A DNA stretch of 64,000 nucleotides from assembly GCA_038087875.1 (NCBI GenBank), contig CM075995.1:5024001-5088000 (forward strand), given 5' to 3'. Position 1 is the first letter of the stretch; each line of letters starts with the position of its first letter. Made by a program: the position numbers and the translations under genes. This DNA is from Malacoraja senta (Eukaryota). The notes beneath the pieces were generated by a model that saw only the letters and a list, made by a program, of their open reading frames with translations, searched no databases and was not told the DNA's origin. Shown in pieces: positions 39,644-54,044 of the stretch.

Positions 39644-40514
39644 AGAATGGAGCAGCTGGGCTTGTACACTCTGGAGTTTAGAAGGATGAGAGGGAATCTC
39701 ATTGAAACATATAAGATTGTTAAGGGCTTGGACACGCTAGAGGCAGGAAACATGTTCCTGATGTTGTGGGAGTCCAGAACCAGGGGCCAGTTTAAGAATA
39801 AGGAGTAAGCCATTTAGAACGGAGACGAGGAAACACTTTTTCTCACAGAGAGTGGTGGGTCTGTGGAATTCTCTGCTCATAGGGCGGTGGAGGCAGGTTC
39901 TCTGAATGCTTTCAAGAGAGAGCTGGGTAGGGCTCTTAAAAATAGTGGAGTCAGGGGATATGGGGAGAAGGCAGGAACGGGTTACTGATTTTGGATGATC
40001 AGCCATGATCACATTGAATGGCGGTGCTGGCTCGAAGGGCCAAATGGCCTACTCCTGCACCTATTTTCTATTGTTTATTGTCTATTGTCCAGCGCTGAAG
40101 TAGCAGTGGCAGAGAGAGGGATTTTCTACATGAACACATTAACCATTGGATATAGATCCTCCTCCCCAGGTTACAACGAGGTTCTGTTCCTGAGAACGGT
40201 TCATAACATTAGCTGGAATTTTCCCACATTGAAGCCAAGTAGTATACAGAAACATGGAACTGCAGATGCCGGTTTACAAAAAAAGACACAAAGTGCTGGA
40301 GTAACTCAGCTGGTCAGGCAGCCTCCCTGGAGAACATGCACAGGTGACGTTTCGTGTTGGGACTGAAGAAGGGTCCAGACCCAAAATGTCACCTGTCCGT
40401 GTTCCCCAGAGATGCTGCCTAACCCGCTGAGTTACTCCAGCACTTTGTGTCTTCCCCACCCCCCCAAAGAATAATACATTCTAGTTGATGACAATTTTGC
40501 AAATTTCCTATAGT

Positions 40515-40820
40515 TCTTAGTTTAGAGATATAGCGCGGAAACAGGCCCTTCAGCCCACCAAGTCTGAGCCGACCAGCGATCCCCGCACACTAGCACTATC
40601 CTACACGCACTAGTGATAATTTACAATTTTACCAAGCCAATTAGCCTTCAAACCTATACGTCTTTGGAGTGTGGGAGGAAACCAGAGCTCCCGGAAAAAC
40701 CCCATAGAGGTCACGGGGAGATGGTACAAACTCCAAACAGACAGCACCCGTAGTCAGGAACGAATGATGGTCTCTGGCGTTGTAAGGCAGCAACTCTACC
40801 GCTGCACCGCCGTGCCGCCC
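40515..40820 (-). mobile_element. HE1-type SINE
   Basis: Same consensus, reverse strand. Confidence 0.85.
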
Positions 40821-43679
40821 CATTTTCTTGGTTCTCATCGTTCACCGCCTGCAGCATATAGTAACACTTGAAGGATTTGGATTTCTGAAGTGTCTATAGG
40901 AACAATATTATAAGTTCAGTTGCTAATCCGCTGCACTAATACATCCTCACACTTACTGAGCTAATATAATCATCTCCTCCCACCAATCTGTTGCTGGCAT
41001 GCCTGCTCAACTAACCTTACAAAACTTCGCTGGCTGCAAAAAAAAAGAGCGCAGTTGATAAGAGCTGCTGCCCCACAGCGTCAGAGACTCAAATTCGATG
41101 CTGACCTCGGTCCTGTCTATGTGGAGTTTGCACACTCTCCCTGTGACTGGGTGGGTTTCCTCCGGGTGCTCCATTTTCTTCCCACATTTCAAAGACATGC
41201 GGGTTTTAGGTTAAGTTACCTCTATAAATTGCCTCTGTTATGTAGGGAGTGGATGCAAAAGTGGGATAACATAGAACTAATATGATCGGGTAATGGTTGG
41301 TCGTTGTGGACTCGGTGGGCTGAAGGGCCTGTTTCATGCCGCATCTGTAAACTGAACTAAATGGAATAGACTTGGGATTGTGCCTCATGTTCATTTGTCT
41401 TTGTGAAAGAGGCATACAAAATTTCTACAACATTTATCCAATGGTTGCTACCCATGCTTTCCCCCTCCAAAAAAACCTCCCAGAAGAGAGGGATGAGGGG
41501 TGGGTGGGGCAGGAGGATGACGGTGATCTTAAGGTGTAAAAAATCATGAGAGGAACAGATCGAGCAGACGTACAGTGTCTCTTGCCCAGAGTAGGGGATT
41601 CAAGAACGAGAGGACATAGGTTTAAGGTCAGGGGGGAAAGATTTAATAGGAACCAGAGGGGTAACTTTTTCACACAAAGAGTGGTGAATGTATGGAATGA
41701 GATGGCAGAGGAGGTTGTTGAGGAAGGTACTGTCGCAACATTTCAGAGACATTTAGACAGGTGCATGGATAGGGCAGGTTTAGAGGGATATGAGCTAAAC
41801 ACAGGCAGGTTGGACTAGTATAGATGGGACATATTGGCCGATGTGGGCAAGTTGGGCCGAAGGGCTGGTTTCCACGCTGTATTACTCTAAGACCTCAGGA
41901 TGAACTTTTTTCACTTATTTTATATCGCTCAGACATAATGTTGGATTGTATAATTCAGGTGTTATCCCCTGTACAAATATGCTCAGTTTAAAGTGAGGTG
42001 ATTTTTAAGACCTGTAACCTATTATATCCTTCTTTATTAATGCAGCAAGATTGGCAGCTGTGAAGTAGCACTCTTTTGGGCCAGTCTCTTCTATCCCCAG
42101 GGTACTTAAGGCAGCAGGTACACAAAAATGCTGGAGAAACTCAGCGGGTGCAGCAGCATCTATGGAGCGAAGGAAACAGGCAACGTTTCGGGCCGAAACA
42201 CCTCTTCGTGGGTTTTTTTCCAGGTGCTCAGGTTTCCTCCCACATTCGAAAGACGTGCAGGTTTGTAGGTTAATTGTCTTCGGTAAAATTGTTAAAAAAA
42301 TTGTCCCTAGTGTGTAGGATAGTGCTGGTGTATGGGGTGATCGCTGGTCCGCGCGGACACGGTGGGCCGAAAGGCTTGTCTCCGTGTTGTATCTCTAAAC
42401 TAAACTTCCATATCCTGAAAGTCCACTATCATCACATATTATTTCATTACCAATGTTTAACTTTATGTTCATTCCTCTCTGACTCTCCCATCTGACAGGA
42501 GAGTCACCACCATTCCAAGGCTTCAGGGTTTCAGCTCAGTGGGTGATCTGAGCACTGGTAATATTAGCTCTCGATTCTTTGCACAAATACTGGATTTGAT
42601 TCAAACAAAAACCTATTGTTTGCATAGTGTTGAAAAGTACACAGCCATTAATTCAAGTTCAAAAACAAACCGAGGCACTGCTTAAGGCATTAGAGGGCAA
42701 ATAAATAACCACTTAAGGGCCTGTCCCACTTGGGCGTCATTTGCGTAGATAGGATGGTGAAGAAGGGTTTTGGCATGCTAGCCTTCGTCAGTCAGGGCAT
42801 TGAGTATAGAAGTTGGGATGTTATGTTACACTTGGAATATTGTGTTCAGTTTTGGCCGCACTGCTATTAGAAAGATGCCACTAAGCCGGAAAGAGTACAG
42901 AGAAGATCTACTAAGATGTTGCCAGGACTCGAGGGCCTGAGCTTTAATGAGAGGTTGGGGAGGCTCGGACTTTATTCCTTTGAGTGCAGGAGGCTGAGGA
43001 ATAATCTTACAGAAGTGTATAAAATCATGAAGGGAACAGATAGGGTCAATGTTGAATCTTTTACCCAGAGAAGGTGAGTCAAGATCTAGAGGTTATAGGT
43101 TTAAGGTGAGAGGGGAAAGATATATATATATATATATATATGGAATATGTGGGTATATGGAATGAACTGCCAGAGGAATTTGTTGAGGCAGATATAATAA
43201 CAACAACATCTAAAATATAACTGGACTGGTACATGGATAGGGAAGGTTTATAGGGATAAGGGCCATGCACAGGCAAATGGGACTAGCTTAGATGGGGCAT
43301 CTTGTTCGGCATGCATGATTTTGTCCGAAAGGCCAGCTTATATGTGGTATGACTATGAATGCAGAAGAAGAATGGAAAGAATGGAATGTGAGCAATTTTG
43401 AGCACCGTGAGGAAGGATGTGCTGGCTCTGGTGAGGGTCCAGAGGAGGTTTACAAGAATGATCCCAGGAATGAGTAGGTTAACATATGATGAGCGTTTGA
43501 CGGCACTGGGCCTGTACTCACTGCAGTTTAGAAGAATGAGAGGGGACCTCATTGAAACGTACAGAATAGTGAAAGGCTTAGCTAAAGTGGATGTGGAGAG
43601 GATGTTTCCACAGGTGGGAAAGTCTAGGACTAGAGGTCATAGCCTCAGAAATAAATTACGTTATTTTAGGAAGGGGACC

Positions 43680-46582
43680 GATGCGGACGCCGACGTGGCA
43701 CATAACACGATGTGTTATATCGGCATCATAGTCCCGGACGCGGCCATTCAGCTAGCCGGGGTTAGCCTCACACCGAGCCGACAGAGACCCATCACTGTGC
43801 GGTAAGACTCGAGGTGGTGGCCTGTGTGTTTACATCAACACTGACTGGTGCAACAACTCTGTCTTAGTCTCCAAGTTCTGTTCATCGCTGGTGGAGTACG
43901 TGATTGTGAGATGTATTTGCCACGGGAGTTTACCACCGTGCTGATTGTAGCTGTTTACATCCCCCCAGTGCTAATGCTAAGGAAGCACTAGCTGTACGGA
44001 GCTATATGCAATCTACTAAACACACACCCAGAAGGACTGTTTATCGTCGCAGGAGATTTCAACCATGCGAATCTCAAAACTGTGCTTCCTAAATTTTACC
44101 AACATGTGGACTTTGCGACGAGACGGGAGAACTTACTAGATCTTGTTTACACCAATATGCCCGGCGCGTACAGGGCGGAGCCCCGCCCCCACCTCGGATA
44201 TTCAGACCACATCTCTGTCATGCTGATCCCAGCATACAGACTGCTTGTGAGACGCTCCAGACCAGCTAAGAAACAGGTGAAGAACTGGCCAGCAGGAGCC
44301 ATCTCTGCTCTCCAGGACTGTTTTGAGTGCACTGACAGGCACATGTTTAGGGAGGCAGCAACCACTGGCGGCACCACTGACTTGGAGGAGTACACGGCAT
44401 CAGTGACTGGTTACATCAGTAAGTGCATTGATGACGTCACCAAGCTCATCACCACATGCCCCAACCGTAAGCCATGGATGACTGCAGAGGTACGTGCGCT
44501 GCTGAGAGCCCGACACATGGCCTTCAGAGCAGGCGATAAGGAGGCCCTGAGAACAGCGAGGGCCAAACTGTCCTGGGCCATCAGAGAAGCAAAGCGAGCG
44601 CATGCCTGGAAAATCCACGGCCACTTCAGTGACAGCGGGGACACACGGCAGCTGTGGCAAGGCATCCAAGCCATCACCAACTACAGGACATCAACACCAG
44701 CCTGTGACAGCGATGCCTCTCTGCCTGATGCGCTGAACGTGTTCTACACCCGGTTTGAAGCACAGAACGACTTGGTGGCGAGGAAGACCACCTACCCTCC
44801 CGACGACCAGGTGCTATGTCTGACCACAGCTGATGTGAAAAAATCACTGCGCAGAGTCAACCCGTGTAAGGCTGTTGGCCCAGACAATATCCCCGGTAGA
44901 GTGCTCAAAGGGTGTGCAGACCAGCTGGCAGATGTTCTCACAGACATCTTCAATATCTCCCTGAGCAGCGCCACCGTCCCAACGTGCTTCAAAACCACCA
45001 CCATTGTTCCTGTGCCCAAGAAGTCACCTGTGTCCTGCCTCAATGACTACTGCCCCGTCGCACTCACCCCCACCATCATGAAGTGCTTCGAGAGGCTGGT
45101 CTTGAGGCACATAAAGACCCTCCTGTCCCCCGCCCTTGACCCCCTGCAGTTTGCGTATCGATCCAACCGCTCCACCGATGACGCCATCACCACCGCCACC
45201 TAGCACTCACCCACCTGGACAAAAAGGACACATACGCCCGAATGCTGTTCATAGACTTCAGTTCAGCATTCAATACTATCATCCCCCAGCACCTGACCAG
45301 GAAGCTGAGCCTGCTGGGCCTGAATACCTCCCTCTGCAACTGGATCCTGGACGTCCTGACGGGGAGACCCCAGACCGTCCGGATCTGGAGCAACAAACAC
45401 CTCCAGCACCACCACACTGAGCACAGGCCCCCCCCCCCCCCCCAGGGCTGTGTGCTCAGTCCATTGCTGTTCACACTGTTGACTCACGACTGCACAGCGC
45501 TGCACAGCTCGAATCACATCATCAAGTTCGCCAATGACACGACCCTGGTGGGTCCCATCTACAAGAACGACGAGTCAGCATACAGAGAGGAGGTGAAACA
45601 ACTGACAACTTGGTGCAAAGTCAACAACCTGTCTCTGAACGTAGACAAAACCAAAGAGATGGTTGTTGACCTTAGGAGAGCACAGAGGGACCATGCGCCA
45701 CTGGACATCGACAGCTCCCCAGTGGAGATTGTGAAGAACACTAAATTCCTTGCTGTCCACCTGGCGGAGAAGTTAACCTGGTCCCTCCACACCGGCTCCA
45801 CTGTGATGAAAGCCCAGCAGCGTCTCCACTTCCTGAGGAAGCTGAGGAAGGCCCACCTCCCGCCCACCTCCCGCCCCCCATCCTCACCACATTCTACAGA
45901 GGGACTAGAGCGAGCATCATGAGTAGCTGCATCACTGCCTGGTTTGGAAACTGCACCAGCTTGGACTGCAAGAACCTGCAGCGAGTAATGAGGACAGCCG
46001 AAAAGATAATCGGAGTCTCTCTCCCCCCCCCCCCCCCCCCCCCCCCCCCATCTCAGACATCTACACCACACACTGCATCCGCAAAGCAACCAGCATTGCG
46101 GAGGACCCCACCCACCCCTCATATAAATTTTTCTCCCCCCTCCCATCTGGCAGAAGGTACCAAAGCATACGGTCCCTCACATCCAGATTATGCAACAGCT
46201 TCTTCCCCCAGGCCATCCGACTCCGGGACAGATCTGAATACACACACACCCCCGACCGCCCCCACCCCCCCCCCCCATCTCTGCTGCTACATAAACTCTG
46301 CACTGCCCCCTTGGCACACTTGGTTTGTGTACATTGCACTCTGTTGCACTGTTGTCTACTGTCCTGCGTTGCTGTTTTGTACATTTTCTACTTACTTTGT
46401 TGCACTTTAGTAAGGAAGCTTTTGCACCATGTGTATAGCGTAGTTTATCTATATATGTAGCATGTTGTCCAATTGTGTTCTATGTAGCACCAAGGTTCCA
46501 GGGAAACGCTATCTCATTGCACTGTGTACTGTGTATACGGCTGTAATGACAATAAACCCTCTTGAATCTTGAATCTTGAATC
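43680..46582 (+). mobile_element. Rex1/Babar-type LINE, frameshifted ORF2 (EN-RT)
   Basis: ORFs 44082..45203 ([21 protein letters not shown]) and 45242..45922 ([20 protein letters not shown]); AATAAA plus (CTTGAAT)n tail. Confidence 0.85.
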
Positions 46583-47370
46583 AGAACAAGAACCCTGATG
46601 CGGCTATGGTGGTGGCTATGGATTTTAATAAGGCAAATCTCAAAAAGGTTATGCCTAACTTTAAATAGAAGGCAGAGATTGATAGATTCTTGATTAGTAC
46701 GGGTATCAGAGGTCATTGGGAGAAGGCAGGAGAATGGGGTTAGGAGGGAGAGATAGATCAGCCATAATTGAATGGCAGAGTAGACTAAATGGGCCACATG
46801 GCCTAATTCTGCTCCCATCACGTGATCTTATGAACTTGAATGTGACAGATAAGAAACAATCTCTGTCCCGCCCACTCCCCTGACATCAGTCTGAAGAAGG
46901 GCCCCGACCAGAAACGTCACCCATTCATTCTCTCCAGAGATGCTGCCTGTCCCGTTGAGTTACTCCAGCATTTTACCTTCGATTTAAACCAGCATCTGCA
47001 GTTCTTTCCTACACAATCATTTTAACTTCTGTTTTAACTGCTAATTAACGGTTTGATAGCCATGATGTAAAAATAAGAAATCAGCGATGTTTAAACTACA
47101 GAAGAAAACAGGTGTTATTACTTCTGGGTCAATGAATATTGAAGTAAACCAACCTGCATACATTCTGAACCCTGGCTACCCCAGGTACTTCTCATGGAAC
47201 GGCGGCTGCTCTGTAAAAGTACATCACTGCTGTGATAAACACTTTAGGGCACTTTAATACCTATATAAGTTGCTACATGGATTTACAATTCTTGTTTATA
47301 AACAATGAGCATGTTTCCTTAGAAGGCTTAGGAAGTTCGGCATGTCCCCTACAACTGTCACCAACTTGCT

Positions 47371-48238
47371 ATGAGAATGCAGAGTGACTTGGACAGGTTG
47401 GGAGAGTGGGCAGATGCATGGCAGATTAAGTTTAATGCAGATAGATGTGAGGTTATCCACTTTGGTAGCAAAAACAGGAAGGCAGATTACTATCTAAATG
47501 GCGTCAAGTTGGGAAAAGGGGAAGTACAATGGGATCTGGGGGTTCTTGTTCATCAGTCTATGAAAGTAAGCATGCAGGTACAGCAGGCAGGGAAGAAAGC
47601 GAATGGCATGTTGGGCTTTATAACAAGAGGAATCGAATATAGGAGCAAAGAGGTCCTTCTGCAGTTGTACAGAGCCCTAGTGAGACCACACCTGGAGTAT
47701 TGTGTGCAGTTTTGGTCCCCTAATTTGAGGAAGGACATTCGTGCTATTGAGGGAGTGCAGCGTAGGTTAACAAGGTTAATTCCCGGGATGGCGGGACTGT
47801 CATATGCTGAGAGAATGGAGCAGCTGGGCTTGTACACTCTGGAGTTTAGAAGGATGAGAGGGTATCTCATTGAAACATATATGATTGTTAAGGGCTTGAA
47901 CACGCTAGAGGCAGGAAACATGTTCCCGATGTTGGGGGAGTCCAGAACCAGGGGCCACAGTTTAAGAATAAGGAGTAAGCCATTTAGAAAGGAGACGAGT
48001 AAACACTTTTTCTCATATAGAGTGGTGAGTCTGTGGAATTCTCTGTGGAGGCAGGTTCTCTGGATGCTTTCAAGAGAGAGCTAGATAGGGCTCTTAAAAA
48101 TAGCGGAGTCAGGGGATATGGGGAGAAGGCAGGAACGGGGTACTGATTGGGGATGATCAGCCATGATCACATTGAATGGCGGTGCTGGTTCAAAGGGCCG
48201 AATGGCCTACTCCTGCACCTATTGTCTATTGTCTATTG
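47371..48238 (+). mobile_element. CR1 3' fragment
   Basis: ORF 47371..48084 (LVRPHLEYCVQFWSP, RTRGH); (CTATTGT)n tail. Confidence 0.9.
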
Positions 48239-48780
48239 TACAGGTGCACTATAGAAAGCATTTTGTCAGGTTGCATCACAGCTTGGTTTGGGAACAGCTC
48301 AACCCAAGACCGCAAGAAATTACAGCGAATTGTGGATGCAGCCCTGGCCATCAAACAAACCAACCTACCTCCCGTTGTCTCCATTTATACCTCACGCCGC
48401 CTCAGCAAGGCCAGCAGCATAATCAAGGATGAGTCGCACCCTGGCCACTCCCTCTTCTCCCCTCTCCCATCAAGCAAAAGGTATAGAAGTGTGATAACAC
48501 ACACCTCCAGATTCAGGGACAGTTTCTTCCCAGCTGTTATCATCCCACCACAACCAGAGAGCAGTGCTGAACTACAACCTACCTCATTGGTGACCCTTGG
48601 ACTATCCTTGATCGAACTTTGTTGGCTTTACCTTGCACTAAACGTTATTCCCTTATCATGTCTATGTGCACTGTAAATGGATGAATTGTAATCATGTATT
48701 GTCTTTCTGCTGTCTGGTTAGCATGCACAAAGGCATTTCACTGTACCTCGGTACATGTGACAATAAGCTGAACTAAACTA
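48239..48780 (+). mobile_element. Rex/Babar-type LINE 3' fragment
   Basis: YRCTIESILSGCITAWFG...RFRDSFFP in ORF 48176..48676. A related tail lies at ~1130-1402 and 2917-2975. Confidence 0.75.
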
Positions 48781-49019
48781 CATTCAGAAAAGTAGACACC
48801 ATTTTCTTCAAATCCTTTCCCTATGTGCTGCTTTCTCGGAACAACACCAAATCATAAATGACAATTATAAACAGGGGTGCATCGATTCAAATCACCAATT
48901 TAATAAAATGTTTATTTTACTAAAAATTTCCTTGGAAAAGAGACAGGTAAATAGTTTAGAGATAAAATCTATTTAACTCTTGTCAAACACTGGAACAATT
49001 ACAAGAGACATGACCATAC

Positions 49020-49672
49020 CTGCAGAAGGAATTTCTCGGAGGCAACGCTGTGTCTTGCTAGCATGTTGGGCAGGGCTGGATTCGTGTATTCAAACTGCGG
49101 GTTGTAGGTGAACTCAGACTTGAAGAACTTGACCTTCTCCCTCTCCACGTTTGACGGCTTAACGGCGGTCAGGATGCAGAGTCTACGAGTGGTAACCTCA
49201 CCGTCTTTCCCGGTTCCGATCGGCAACCGCGATCTCTGCAGGCTGGAGAAGTAAAGCCTTTTTACCTTCCCTTTCGGCCTTTGCGACAGGCCAATGCCAC
49301 TTCCCACCACAGATATGCCGAGGGGGAACTTTGAACTGCTGGCAACCAGGTTGCCCACAAGCAGTTGCGTGTGCCTGTTTCCAAGGCACCATGCCTCGTC
49401 CACCAGCGGGAGAGAGGCACTAGGGTTCCGGCGTTCCTTGTACCGCAACACCGTGGACGGTTTGGCCGACTTCCGGTGCTTCTTGTGATGGCTGGAGGAT
49501 GTGCGCTTCTTCTCCCCCTTCGATGGCAGTAGGACGTTGTAGCCATTGCTTCCCGTGAATATTTCCTTCAGAATGCTGGTGGATACTTCCTGGAAGCTGC
49601 TGCCATTTTTCTCGGTGGGATTCAACAGCACCGATTTTTTGGTCAACTCCAACCCTGGCCACCGGAGCTTTT
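49020..49672 (-). CDS. MATCAP2: MATCAP2 coding exon 2 (KLRWPGLELTKKS...CILTAVKPSNVEREKVKFFKSEFTYNPQFEY...EKFLLQ)
   Basis: Acceptor CCTTGCAG|AA at 49672 and donor CAG|GTATG at 49020. Lies in the frame of ORF 48999..49652; the YNPQFEY motif is typical of the family. Confidence 0.93.
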
Positions 49673-49696
49673 CTGCAAGGATGGACCACAGGAAGC

Positions 49697-49996
49697 TTAG
49701 TTTAGTTTAGTTTAGTTTAGAGATACAGCACAGAAACAGGCCCTTCAGTCCATCAAGCCCGCGCCATCCAGCGATCCTACACACGAGGGACTATTTTTAA
49801 AAACAATTTTACCAAGCCAATTGTCCTACAAACCCATACATCTTTGGAGTGTGGAAGAAAACCGGAACTACCGGAGAAATTCCACGCAGGTCACACGGAG
49901 AACGTACAAACTCCGTGGAGACAAGCACATGTAGTCAGGATCGAACCAGGGTCTCTGGCGCTGTAAAGGCATCAACTCTAAAGCTGCACCACCGTG
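49697..49996 (-). mobile_element. HE1-type SINE abutting the MATCAP2 exon-2 acceptor
   Basis: Its (CTAAA)n tail ends ~24 nt before the AG. Confidence 0.85.
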
Positions 49997-51972
49997 CTGG
50001 AAGGTTCTGATTAAACCCAGGTTCGATCCTGACCTCTGGTGCTGTTGGTGTGGTTTATAGGTTCTCCCTGTGACCGCATGGGTTTCTACACGGTGCTCCG
50101 GTTTCCCCCCACATCTCAAAGATGTACGGGTTTGTAGGTCAATTGGCCCTCTGTAAATTGCTCCTCGTGTGTAGGGAGTGGATGAGAAAGTGGGACAACA
50201 TAGACCTTATATGAACAGGCAAACGATGGTCTGTGTGGGCTTGGAGGGCCAAAGGGCCTGCTACCATGCTGTACTACTGAAACAAAACTAAACTCCCATT
50301 AACCACAGCACCAAATGAGCTAACATGGTCAAAATGAAATAGAGACCTTTGCTCATTCTCTTGCTCATCTAAATCTGACCTCTGGTTTACTGATGCTTCC
50401 ATTTTAAAATTGTTGTATCATTCACCATGTTGGGCATCATTTGGCATGGAGCATCTATCAGAAGTTATGCGGTGGGGATAGCCAGTTATAGAGTCATAGA
50501 GTTATGCAGCATGGAAACAGGCCCTTTGGTTCAACTTGCTGATGCTGACCAAGATGCCCCATCCAGACTGGTCCCACCTGCCCGCCTTGGCCCATATCCT
50601 TCGAAACTTCCTATCCATGTACCTGACCAAATGTCTTCTAAATGTTGCTATAAAACCTGCCTCAACCACCTCCTGTCAACTTGTTCCTTATACCCACCAC
50701 CCTTTGTGTGAAAAAGTTGCCCCTCAGGATCCTAGATAATTTTTTCCCCTCTCACCTTAAAACCTACGACCGCCGTTTCTTTATTCCCCTACTCTTGGTA
50801 AGTGTGCATTCACCCTAACTATTCCTCTCATGATCTGATACACCTCTCTAAGATCACCCATCACCCTCCTGTGCTCCGAGGAATAAAGTCCTAGCCTGGC
50901 CAACCTCGCCCTATAACTCAGGCCCTCAAGTCTGGGCAACATCCTCATCAGGTTAATTCCAATGAGAACCCCTAAGACAAGGATAGCTGCATTGTCGGCA
51001 GTCATCTTTTAATGCAGCGGTAATACAGATTGATAGATTCTTGATTAGTACGGTAGTCAGGGATTATGTGGAGAAGGCAGGAGAATGGGGTTAGGAGTGA
51101 GAGATAGATCAGCCATGATTGAATGGCGGACTAGACTTGATGGGCCGAATGGCCTAATTCTGCTCCTATCACTTATCTAAAAGCTTGTCATGTGCTTGGT
51201 ACTTTATCTGTCTATCTGCTTTCTTGATAGAGATAAATATTTCTTAGTTTTTCCATGAATCCATGCTCTTTTTGAAGATTTTCTTTTACAGTTCAGTTGG
51301 AATCAAAGTAACATTACTTTGGCCCTTTGCTATGATTGCAGGAGGGAGAGATAGATCAGCCATGATTGAATGGTGGAGTAGACTTGATGTGCCAAATGGC
51401 CTAATTCTGCTCCTATCACTGATTAACTTATGAAGCTTCCAGTCACGTGTACATGCTCCTTTCTACATAGCCTCATGGCACTTTGTCTGATAATGTTCTA
51501 CTGAATCTCCTTGCAGCTTTAAAATTGTATTGAACATGCTCTATTATTACAAATTGTTTTTAAACTGTCTTTTGTAGGGCAATCCTAAACACTGTATGAT
51601 ACTAGAGGGGACTTTATTAGGGATAGTTGAGTCAATGAGTCAATATTGCATTTGATCATATCAATAACTGGAGACAGTGCAATATCTGGAGACAGTTCAA
51701 GTCCTACCAAAGCAACCAAAAAAATCATAACAGACAACTAATTGGTATAAATTTGCATACCAAATTATTTTAAAGTGTCTATATATTAAAAACTTGTCAT
51801 CAGCTATTCTCAAAATAGCAAAGTAAACACATAAATACACAGAGTTCTGTGCATTTATGGTGGTGGATCTAAATTTCCCTCTGAACCCCATTCTCCTGCC
51901 TTCTCCCCATAATCCCTGACACAGCGGGCCAAAGGGCCTGCTGTATCTCTAAAACTAAACTAAACTCCCATT

Positions 51973-52026
51973 AATGAATGAATGAAAGAATGAATGAATG
52001 AATGAATGAATGAATGAATGAATGAA
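51973..52026. repeat. (GAAT)n microsatellite
   Basis: Read directly from the sequence. Confidence 0.95.
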
Positions 52027-54044
52027 GACCCAGCATGGGGGGGACCGTCACGAAGGAGGGGGGAAGAACAATGTAGGACCTGGTGTGGGATACTTTGTAA
52101 CTTTGTTGGTGCCCTTTACATGGCAACTCTTTGCATACCTTGGGTATGCAAAACAAAGAATTTCACCGTGACTTGTCACATGTGACAACAAAGTATTAAT
52201 TCATTCGATTTAAAAAGATCACGGGAACATGACTAAAGAACATGGATTGGCCTGCTCAGTTGGTCTGCAATCCAATTATTTAGTGGGTTGGCAGTGCTGT
52301 TCACACTGTCTGTCATATGAGCGATTCCTCTGATAACTGAGATTGCCACTGCCTCACATAATCTATCTATTTTGGTCTGTACACCTGTAAAATAGTTTCA
52401 CAATTCCTGCTATACCAGGCATGACCCTCTAATTAATTTGTACTCCTCCAGCTTTGAGGTTTCTATTCAATTATTCTTGAAACCATGGACTGCAGGTTCA
52501 AGATTAGCTTCTTCCCAACTACCATTAGGTTCTTGAACACAACACAACACTAACATCAACTATGAACTGATCTGGACTGTCTTTGGTTGCACGAAGGACT
52601 TTGGGTTGTTTTTTGCACTAATATTGTGGTTATTAATTTATTGATTTTTTGTTTGTTTATTATGCATTATCTATGTGTATTGGGCTTACAGGCCTGTTCT
52701 GCTGTTGCGTCAGAATTTCATTGTCGGTGCAGATGATAATTAAACACAAATTAAATCCTGTAGATTCCTTTTATTAATCTGAATTTTTAATGTTTAAACA
52801 CCTCCTTCTGAAGAGCTGGCTTCAATTTCAGGAGCTGGAATTTAGTTTAGCTTAGAAATACACCGTGGAAACAGGCCCTCCCGCCCACCAAGTCCACGCC
52901 GACCACGACCACCCATACACTAGTTCTATCCTACACATTAGGGACAATTTACAGAAGCCAATTAACCTTCAAACCTGCACGTCTTTGGGACATGGGATGA
53001 AACCAGAGAAACCCCATGCGGTCAGAGGGAGCACACACAAACTCCGTACAGACAGCACCTGTAGTCAGGATTGATTCCTGGTCTCTGGTTCTGTAAGGTA
53101 GCAACTCTACCACTGTGACTTTCATATCTCGCCCTGAGAGAGTCATTGGGTGCACTGAAAAAATACTGGGCCATCCTTCCACTTGTCACCTCGGTTACAT
53201 CTACAGTTCTGAGGCACCAAGTTTCCCATTTACTGATGAAGGCACACCATTTGTGCAGATGCACTTGATAGGTGTTTGATCAAATTTCTGGTGATGCCCC
53301 AAAAAAGTTGACAATGTTGGACCCAGTGACGGCCATTGATGGGAAGATGAAAGGAAACCATCAAGTTGCAGCTGGCCACTACCTGGTGGTTTACATTTGT
53401 GCGACACAACCAACCATGCTTGAACGCAGTCAAGGCTTTGCTACGTGCAGGCATGGATTGTTCAATCATCTGATCAAGTCCCATTTAAAGTGAACATCGG
53501 CCACTTGCTGATAAACATCCTTAATTTGGAAGGGATGATCAAGGAGCCTAAAATGCTTGGGTGAATACATTCAGTAATTTCCCCTTTCCCCTTCTCAACT
53601 TATAGTAATCCTCTAGTGTTGGACATTTCCACCCTGGGAGAAAGATTCCGACTGTCTATCCTATCTGTGCCTCTCATAATTTTATGATAAAGGAAAACAG
53701 AACTTATTTTCCAGCATAATTCCACGTGTATTGCTCTTTTCATGGCTATCCAAGTGTTGCTTGCTCAACTGCAGGACACCTCTTCCAATTCAAGTAAAAT
53801 CCCCTAATAATTGTGAAGATGACTTTGGGTGTATTGTCTGTCATTTCCAGATCCAGTATCAAGGTTGATTCCGCACTGTTCATCCAATTTTACTCTTGTA
53901 ATGTTTTTTATGCAGTGATTTGATACAATTGAGTGGCTTGCTGGTTAATTTATGAACTGCAGTGTTTACATCCGGATTCACTAACTAGATTGGCTAGGTT
54001 TAGGACAACAAATGTTCTTTGTGGGAATGAAATGCATCATTTAA

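Larger units (their letters stand above)
35426..40087 (+). mobile_element. Plus-strand CR1 3' fragment (35426-35544 plus 39644-40087) interrupted by the element above
   Basis: The two halves join as GCTGAGAGAATGGAGCAGCTGG, as in the uninterrupted copy near 47805-47830. Confidence 0.85.
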
